From: an uncultured Candidatus Binatia bacterium
GTDB lineage: Bacteria > Desulfobacterota > Binatia > UBA9968 > JAJDTQ01
Assembly: GCA_965213675.1 (NCBI GenBank)
Contig: OZ243916.1
Span: 384,001 to 448,000, forward strand
DNA: 64,000 nt
Direction of reading: 5' to 3'
In this document: piece after piece, positions 58,025 through 64,000 of the stretch
How positions within the stretch are numbered: the first letter of the stretch is position 1
How the letters are laid out: each line of letters begins with the position of its first letter
The notes under the pieces: generated by a model
Seen by the model: only the letters and a program-made list of their open reading frames with translations
What the model was told of the DNA's origin: nothing
Databases searched by the model: none
Position numbers and translations under genes: made by a program

Positions 58025-59074
58025 CTACTTCTTCGCTTGACTGACCAGGAAGGACAGGCTCTCCTTGACCTCTGGCGGCATGTTGATGATCCCGTCCACG
58101 AGTTTCTCTACCTCCGGACCCGGCACATAGGTGAACACGAGTTTCGCCTTCTTGGCTTCAGCCAGCAGTTGGGGGTCCTTCACGGTTTTCTCGTAGGCTT
58201 TCCGCAGGATTTCCACGCGGTCTTTGGGCGTGCCCGGCGGCAGCGCCAGCATCCTCTGGAACGCCATCTGGAACGCCCATGAGTTGTAGAGCTTGAGACC
58301 TTCCTCGTTCAGCACGTCCTTGAACAGCGGAATGTTCTGGATCTCCGGATCCGGATAGCTGTGGCTGTGGATGACGAAGGGAACCAGTTTCTGGTCGCCC
58401 TCGGCGTCCAGCATGCTTCGGGCGGTCACCCTCATGGACTCCCACTGGGAGCAGAAGCCGTCCACCTCTCGTCCTTCCAGCGCCAGCCGTATGGTGGCCG
58501 TGCCCCGGTACCCGGTGATGATCTTCAAGTTGGTGCCCAAGGCCTTGTTGAGAATCGCCGGGATGTCGTGGCCGGTGGAGCCGGCCCGGGTGGCGCCGAT
58601 TTTGATGGGCTCCTTGGAGTTGACGACGTCTTTCCACGTGGTCTTGCCGGTGAAAGCCATCATCATGCACACGATCTCGCCCCGGCTGGGGGCGCCGACC
58701 CATTCCAGCTTGTCGAAGGGCACCGCGCCGGCCTTCTTGTCGCCCAGTGCCGACTGCACGATGAGCGAGTTGTTGAACACCGCGCCGCTGAGCCCGTCGG
58801 GTTTGGCGCGCCGGCCGATGTAGTTGGCGGAGATGAGGCTGCCGGCGCCGGTCATGTTCTGAACCAGCGTGGTGGGGTTGCCGGGGACGTACTTGCCGAA
58901 GTAGCGGGCGATCAGCCGGGTGTAGGTGTCGTAGCCGCCTCCGGGAGAGAAGCCCACGATGAAGCGGAATGTCTTGCCCTTGTAGAAGTCTTCGGCGCGT
59001 CCCTCGGGCGCCGCGAACAGGGCCGCGCCCCCGATGATGGCCGCGGCCAGAAAGGATAGACCTTTGCGTGTCAT
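58025..59074 (-). CDS. Bug/TctC-family substrate-binding protein (orphan)
   Basis: Signal peptide, DFYKGKT, GFSPGGGYD, QNMTGAG, KPDG, GYRG, PPGTP. Confidence 0.92.
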   Translation of the reverse strand: MTRKGLSFLAAAIIGGAALFAAPEGRAEDFYKGKTFRFIVGFSPGGGYDTYTRLIARYFGKYVPGNPTTLVQNMTGAGSLISANYIGRRAKPDGLSGAVFNNSLIVQSALGDKKAGAVPFDKLEWVGAPSRGEIVCMMMAFTGKTTWKDVVNSKEPIKIGATRAGSTGHDIPAILNKALGTNLKIITGYRGTATIRLALEGREVDGFCSQWESMRVTARSMLDAEGDQKLVPFVIHSHSYPDPEIQNIPLFKDVLNEEGLKLYNSWAFQMAFQRMLALPPGTPKDRVEILRKAYEKTVKDPQLLAEAKKAKLVFTYVPGPEVEKLVDGIINMPPEVKESLSFLVSQAKK

Positions 59075-59232
59075 GGATGTCCCTCCGTTTCGGTTTTGCC
59101 GGCGTTGCCGGCGCCAAGCCCCCTTGGCTACAGAAGTGGGCCTGTCATGTCAAGGCGCGCGGTCAGCGCATTGAGAAATGCGCCGGCCGGTGTTATGGGA
59201 TGACGGTAGACAAACCAGGGAGGTACTTGTTT

Positions 59233-59466
59233 ATGGCAGATTCCATCGTTCTGTTCACTCAGCCCGGTTGACCGCCTTGTCATCGAGAGAAGGAGTATCT
59301 TTCTCAAAAAGGCGTTGATTTCGTGGAGAAGAATATTCGTGAGGACCAGGACGCCCTGAAGGACCTGCTGGCCCGGGGCTTCCAGAGTACGCCGGTGGTC
59401 ATCATCGACGGGGAGGCGGTGGTCGGTTTCGATCAGGATCGGATCGACACGCTTCTCGGGCTCTGA
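59233..59466 (+). CDS. Glutaredoxin/NrdH-like redoxin with UxxC active site (probable selenoprotein), 77 aa
   Basis: Hand translation: MADSIVLFTQPG-U-PPC-HREKEYLSQKGVDFVEKNIREDQDALKDLLARGFQSTPVVIIDGEAVVGFDQDRIDTLLGL. TGA at 59269-59271. GGGAGG RBS. cis-Pro motif TP and GF are present. Confidence 0.9.
59269..59314 (+). promoter_or_regulatory. Candidate bacterial SECIS element of the glutaredoxin gene
   Basis: Lower stem CGCCUU/AAGGCG. Upper stem GAGA(G)AAGG/UCUUUCUC starts 13 nt after the UGA, with loop AGUA. Confidence 0.7.
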
Positions 59467-59585
59467 TCCGAAGACCGTGCCCGGGGTTTCCGAACCACGG
59501 TGGCGGGCGGCGCGGCGTGCGCCGGATGGCTTGTTCGGTTGGTCGAATCGTGGCGCGTCGCAGGGACACGGGAAACGCACCTGCG

Positions 59586-59649
59586 GTCGCGCCTTGCCGA
59601 CAACGAAAAAAACCTGCGCAACTTGTCGCAGGAATTTACGGGACACGAC
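59586..59649 (-). repeat. Partial MITE-family copy overlapping the stop codon of the Mo-subunit gene
   Basis: Reverse complement GTCGTGTCCCGTAAATTC...GTCGGCAAGGCGCGA aligns with the left arm of the 40693 MITE (GTGGTGTCTGGTTAATTC...GTCGGCAAGGCGCGA). Confidence 0.6.
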
Positions 59650-61867
59650 CCTTGGCCTTGAGCGCCTTGACGATCTTTTCCGGTGTGAGCGGAAGGTCGT
59701 GGATGCGCACGCCCACGGCGTCGAACACGGCGTTGGCCATGACCGCGGGTGGCGGAATGATGGGCGGTTCGCCCACCCCTTTGGCGCCCAGTGGCCCAGA
59801 CGCGCAGGGGTGCTGGATGAGGCGCACATCCACTGCGGGGGCGTCCAGCGCGCTGAATATCTTGTAGTCCAGCAGGTTGGGATTATCCATTTTCCCGCGG
59901 GTGAAGGTGCATGCTTCGCTGAGAGCCTGCCCCAGCCCTTGCAGGACCCCGCCTTCGATCTGACCGCGCACCGACAGCGGATTGACCGCGGTGCCCACAT
60001 CCTGCGCCGCCACGTAGCGCAGGATGCGTACGTGGCCCGTCTCCGGGTCCACCTCCACCTCGGCCGCGTGGGCCGCCATGGCGGGGTGCGGGGTGAGCTG
60101 CGACACGGACTGTGCGCTCACGATGGGGCCGCGCGCGTGCTCCAGGGCCATCTGACCCACCTCCCGCAGCGTCACGGAGCGCTCCGGGCTACCCTTGACG
60201 AATACCTTGTTGCCGTCGAGTTCCAGGTCGCCGGCGTCGGCTTCGAGCCGATCCGCGGCCACCTGCTGAATCTGCCGCTTTGCCTCCCGGGCCGCCTGCA
60301 GCACCGCGCTGCCCATGCTCTTGAGCGCCTGACTGCCCGCGCTGAGGGTGGAATGGGGCGCGAAGTCGGTGTCCGCGGTGCGCACATGCACGTCGTCCAG
60401 GGACACGCCCAGCACTTCCGCCGCGATCTGGGCCAGTGAGGTGCTCGCCCCGCTCAGGTCCACCAACCCGGTGAGGATGGCGACGGTGCCGTCCTCGTTG
60501 AGCTTCACGCCGGCGCTGGAGGCCATGCCGCCCACGAGCCAGTGGGCCATGGCCACGCCGCGTCCGATGTGCTTCCGCCGCGGTTTCGGGGCCGCGTTCA
60601 GGGCCTCCGCCGCCGTGAGCAGCGTTTCCCTGGCGTGCACGTCCTCGAGCCGGACGCCGGCAGGGGTCTCGTCGCCGTCCACCATGGCGTTCCGCAGCCG
60701 CATCTCCACGGGGTCGACGTCCAGCTCCCGGGCGATGATGTCCATCTGCGACTCCGAAGCGAAGGCGAGCTGCGGCCCGGCCGGCCCGCGGTAGGCGCCG
60801 CACGTCGGCGTGTTGGTGTAGACGCAATAGCTGTCGATCCTGAGGTTGGGGATGCGGTAGGGGCCTGGCGCGCGCACCGCCGCGCCCTGGCTGATCATGA
60901 CGCCCGAGCCGGAGGAGAAACCGGTCCCCAGCACCACTTCGATTTCCCGCGCCGTGATGGCGCCGTCGTTCCTGACGCCGGTCTTGTAGCGGAGGTGAAA
61001 CGGATGCCGCGGGTTGGTGGTCTGGAAGTCCTCGCTCCGGCTCATGACGATGCGCACCGGGCGCCGCGCCTTGCGCGCCAGGGCCACCGCCGCGGGCTCC
61101 ACCGTGGGCGACAGCTTGCCGCCGAAGCCGCCGCCGATCTCGGTGGGGATCACCCGTACCTTGGTCATGGGCATGCGCAGGATCTGCGCGATGGCGGCGC
61201 GCAGCGGGAACTGCGCCTGGGTGGGCGCCCACACGGTGGCCTTGCCCGAAGCGTCGAAGCGCGCCAACGCGGTGTGCGGCTCGATGTAGGTCTGATGCAC
61301 CATGGGGGCGTGGAAGCGGTGCTCGAAGATCCGGTGGGCTTCGGCGAAACCACGCTCCACGTCGCCGCGCACGATCCGCTTGTGGCCGCAGACGTTGCCA
61401 CGGCGGTCCAGGTCCGGCTGCGACCAGTATTCGGCGTAGTCCTCGTGCAGCAGCGGCGCGTCCGGCGCCATGGCCTCCAGTCCGGAGGTCACCGAGGGCA
61501 GCACCTCGTAGTCCACCTCGATGAGCCGTGCCGCCTCCTCCGCGGTCTCCTCGTCCATCGCCGCCACCGCGGCGATGCGGTCGCCGGCGTAGCGCACCTT
61601 GGTGGTGGCGAAGTAGGCTTCATCGCGGACGAAGCGGCCGCAGCGGATGTCCGGCAAATCGGCCGCGGTGACCACCGCCCGGACGCCGGGCAACCGCTCG
61701 GCGCCCTCGGTGCGGATGGCGGTGATGCGGGCGTGGGCATGCGGGCTCAACACCATCTTGCCGCACAGCACCCGGCCGCCGGGTGAGACGTCGGCGCCGA
61801 ACACCGACTGTCCGGTGACCTTCTCCATGATCTCGACCCTGGGAAGCTCCTGACCGACGACTCTCAT
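59636..61867 (-). CDS. Xanthine dehydrogenase family molybdopterin-binding (large) subunit
   Basis: KVTG, SPHAHA, IGGGFGGK, AYRGPAG, SAGS, GQIEGG, AKGVGE. Confidence 0.92.
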   Translation of the reverse strand: MRVVGQELPRVEIMEKVTGQSVFGADVSPGGRVLCGKMVLSPHAHARITAIRTEGAERLPGVRAVVTAADLPDIRCGRFVRDEAYFATTKVRYAGDRIAAVAAMDEETAEEAARLIEVDYEVLPSVTSGLEAMAPDAPLLHEDYAEYWSQPDLDRRGNVCGHKRIVRGDVERGFAEAHRIFEHRFHAPMVHQTYIEPHTALARFDASGKATVWAPTQAQFPLRAAIAQILRMPMTKVRVIPTEIGGGFGGKLSPTVEPAAVALARKARRPVRIVMSRSEDFQTTNPRHPFHLRYKTGVRNDGAITAREIEVVLGTGFSSGSGVMISQGAAVRAPGPYRIPNLRIDSYCVYTNTPTCGAYRGPAGPQLAFASESQMDIIARELDVDPVEMRLRNAMVDGDETPAGVRLEDVHARETLLTAAEALNAAPKPRRKHIGRGVAMAHWLVGGMASSAGVKLNEDGTVAILTGLVDLSGASTSLAQIAAEVLGVSLDDVHVRTADTDFAPHSTLSAGSQALKSMGSAVLQAAREAKRQIQQVAADRLEADAGDLELDGNKVFVKGSPERSVTLREVGQMALEHARGPIVSAQSVSQLTPHPAMAAHAAEVEVDPETGHVRILRYVAAQDVGTAVNPLSVRGQIEGGVLQGLGQALSEACTFTRGKMDNPNLLDYKIFSALDAPAVDVRLIQHPCASGPLGAKGVGEPPIIPPPAVMANAVFDAVGVRIHDLPLTPEKIVKALKAKGRVP

Positions 61868-62337
61868 GATTCCTTCGCTGCCTCCATGACCGCCTGGATG
61901 ATGGTACCGTAGCCGGTGCAGCGGCACAGGTTGCCGGCGATGGCGTGGGTCACCTCCTCGCGGGTGGGGGAAGGGTTGCGGTTCAGCAGGGCCTTGCCGG
62001 CCATGAGCATGCCCGGCGTGCAATAGCCGCACTGGGCTGCGCCGGCGGCGGCGAAGGCGCGCTGCAGCGGATGCAGAGACTCACCGTCGGCCAGCCCCTC
62101 CACCGTTTCCACGCTCCGGCCGTCCGCTTCCACCGCGAACACCAGGCAGGCATCCACCAGCCGCCCGTCGAGCGTTACCGAGCAGGCGCCGCATTCGCCC
62201 TCGCCGCAACCTTCCTTGGTACCGGTGAGATCCAGGTCGTCGCGCAGGAAATCCAGTAGCGAACGGGTCACCGGCACTTCCTCCAGGAACGGCTCGCCGT
62301 TGACGGTTACCGTGATACGGATGCGTGGAGTCTCCAT
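61864..62337 (-). CDS. Xanthine dehydrogenase family 2Fe-2S (small) subunit
   Basis: GCGEGECGACSV...AC, QCGYCTPG, GNLCRCTGY. Confidence 0.93.
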   Translation of the reverse strand: METPRIRITVTVNGEPFLEEVPVTRSLLDFLRDDLDLTGTKEGCGEGECGACSVTLDGRLVDACLVFAVEADGRSVETVEGLADGESLHPLQRAFAAAGAAQCGYCTPGMLMAGKALLNRNPSPTREEVTHAIAGNLCRCTGYGTIIQAVMEAAKES

Positions 62338-63221
62338 CAACCCTCGCCGCGCGCGCGCCGGAACGCGCTCCGGATGGCCCGCCGGGTCAACACCCGGACC
62401 ATCTCCCTGCGATAATCCGCGCTCGCGCGCACGTCGTCGATGGGCCGGGCGTCGGTGGCGGCGCATTCTCCCGCCTCCTCCACGACATGCTCGTCCAGAC
62501 GTGCGCCCGCCAGTCGTTTCTCCGCCGACGTCGAGCGCAGCGGCGTGGGTCCCACAGCTCCCAGCGCGATGCGCGCCTCCGCGATGGTGTCGGGATCGTC
62601 TGGGTCCAGCCGCACGAACGCCGCGCAGTTCACCAGCGCGATGTCCATGGCGGTGCGCACACAGCGCTGGAACGCGCTGCCCGAGCGGGCCGGCAAGGCG
62701 GGAAGGCGCACGCCCGTGAGCAGTTCGCCGGGTCGCAGCACCGTCCGGCCCGGACCGAGGAACAGTCGCTCCACCGGTATGTTCCGGGCTTCATGGGCGG
62801 CCGCGGCCTGCGCCACCGCGCCCAGCGCCATCAGGGGCGTGGCCGTGTCCGCGGCCGGGGACCCGTTGGCGAGATTGCCGCCCACGGTGGCGCGGTTGCG
62901 GGTCTGAATCGAGCCCACCACCCGGGCCGCTTCCGCCAGGGCTTGGTAACCTTCCCGAACCACGGCCGCCGTCGAGATAGTTTCCATCAAAGCCAGAGCG
63001 CCGACGCGCACACCGTCCTCAGCGGCCGTCAATGCATCCAGGCCCGGGATCCGTTTGAGGTCGATGACCATGTCCGGCAGCGTCTGCCGCCGCTCCATCC
63101 TGAGAAAGAGGTCCGTCCCCCCGGCCAGGGGAACAGCCTCGGGGCTCATTAACGCCAGCGCCTCGTCGAGGCCTCGGGGGGCATGGTAGCGAAAGGGGTT
63201 CATGCGTTCAGTGGGATTCAT
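62337..63221 (-). CDS. Xanthine dehydrogenase family FAD-binding (medium) subunit
   Basis: LAGGTDL, RNRATVGGNL, SPAAD, DDVRASADYRR. Start at 63221 or 63203. Confidence 0.92.
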   Translation of the reverse strand: MNPTERMNPFRYHAPRGLDEALALMSPEAVPLAGGTDLFLRMERRQTLPDMVIDLKRIPGLDALTAAEDGVRVGALALMETISTAAVVREGYQALAEAARVVGSIQTRNRATVGGNLANGSPAADTATPLMALGAVAQAAAAHEARNIPVERLFLGPGRTVLRPGELLTGVRLPALPARSGSAFQRCVRTAMDIALVNCAAFVRLDPDDPDTIAEARIALGAVGPTPLRSTSAEKRLAGARLDEHVVEEAGECAATDARPIDDVRASADYRREMVRVLTRRAIRSAFRRARGEG

Positions 63222-63581
63222 CGCACTTTTCCGGGGGTGGTGCAATGCGACCGCGAAGGCAGGCCAAAGGGAGAATAGCGAGTGGGGGGCCTGCGGGACG
63301 GCGAGTCCGCCGGCAGGGGGCTGTCTTGGCGGAAGGACGGCATTCCTGATAACTCTTGGCAATCGGGAAGTTTCCACCTGATGGAAGGGGACAAAGGTAC
63401 ATGGCCCTGTTCGGCGGATTCGACGGCTTGAATGGTCGTCGGAGTCTGCCATCTTCGAGGCGGGAGAAATCCCGGACCGCGACTACCTTGTCAGGTTGGT
63501 GAAGTGATCCTGGTTCACGAATGCGCTGTACCGTGAACGAGAGCCCCTCGACGGAGCCTTGGTTCGAGAAGGACGATTGAG

Positions 63582-64000
63582 ATGATGAAAACGAAAACAA
63601 GCGACACTGTGTTGTTCCGCGGTTGTGCCTCCGTCCGGAGCCTCGCCGTTTCTCCCGGAACCACCGTGGGGGCTGTCGGTGGTGCGCTCCTTCTCGCGCT
63701 GTGGTGCATGCCGCTTTCGGCGTTCGGTGCGTCTCCGGACCTCAAGACCCCGGCGCCGGTGATCTATCTTGCGGACAACCTGGGTGAGAAGGACAGGCTG
63801 GGTTGGTGTATCGACACCGTCGGGCGGGGGTTTAGCGAACGCCTGCATACCCACTCGTGCAAGCCGCGGGGCGGCGATGTGCAGTTCCGCTACGATGGGG
63901 AGTCGCGACGGATCGCTTCGGCCACCTACGATGGCAAGTGCGCCACGCTGGCGGCGCCGGCCGCCGCGGGGGTGTCACTGGGTCTGGTGGATTGCGCGAG
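63582..64000 (+). CDS. Secreted ricin-B (beta-trefoil) lectin-like protein, 3' end off window
   Basis: Hand translation is open to the window end: signal-like GGALLLALWCMPLSAFG, then WCIDTVG...LHTHSCK..GGDVQF and KCAT...GVSLGLVDC. Confidence 0.7.
   Translation, partial: MMKTKTSDTVLFRGCASVRSLAVSPGTTVGAVGGALLLALWCMPLSAFGASPDLKTPAPVIYLADNLGEKDRLGWCIDTVGRGFSERLHTHSCKPRGGDVQFRYDGESRRIASATYDGKCATLAAPAAAGVSLGLVDCA

Noticed and set aside
63222-63581. Moco riboswitch or other ncRNA upstream of the second Mo-hydroxylase operon
   Set aside because: I could not match conserved Moco-RNA elements by eye. An Infernal/Rfam scan would be needed to exclude it.
1-64000. tRNA (including selC), rRNA or integrase attachment site
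   Set aside because: No cloverleaf/T-arm consensus, rRNA sequence or integrase gene recognised by eye. tRNAscan-SE would be needed to exclude them.

Overview
High-GC bacterial window, mostly catabolic, transport and ion-homeostasis genes. It holds a CoA-transferase, a complete mrpABCDEFG Na+/H+ antiporter operon plus a Ca2+/Na+ antiporter, an LLM oxidoreductase, sthA, an SdhA/FrdA-like flavoprotein with a frameshifted 2Fe-2S partner, an amidohydrolase next to a heme-oxygenase-like diiron enzyme, two xanthine-dehydrogenase-family Mo-hydroxylase operons, MFS/DMT/TTT/RND transporters, a UbiD decarboxylase and an acyl-CoA ligase. The gene content suggests a marine, possibly host-associated heterotroph (inference only). 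Two things stand out. (1) Two probable selenoproteins that the ORF track splits or misses: an OsmC-family protein (53013-53588, minus, GF-U-ML) and a glutaredoxin/NrdH-like protein (59233-59466, U-P-P-C). Each has a SECIS-like hairpin whose upper stem starts 13 nt after the UGA and has an AGU-containing loop. (2) A visibly lower-GC accessory island (~12.8-21.3 kb). Two LuxR-HTH regulators, each followed by a shared palindromic box, precede a set of unannotated exported proteins: a glycine-zipper protein, two paralogous 6-Cys mini-proteins with constant ends, a hidden 58-aa peptide, a collagen/Gly-rich Cys-rich protein and another Cys-rich protein. An IS5-family element interrupts the island. 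Several families of small repeats (REP-like palindromes, a CTAG-flanked MITE family) and two decayed gene remnants are also present. I recognised no rRNA, tRNA or CRISPR array. Family assignments come from motif recognition, not database searches.
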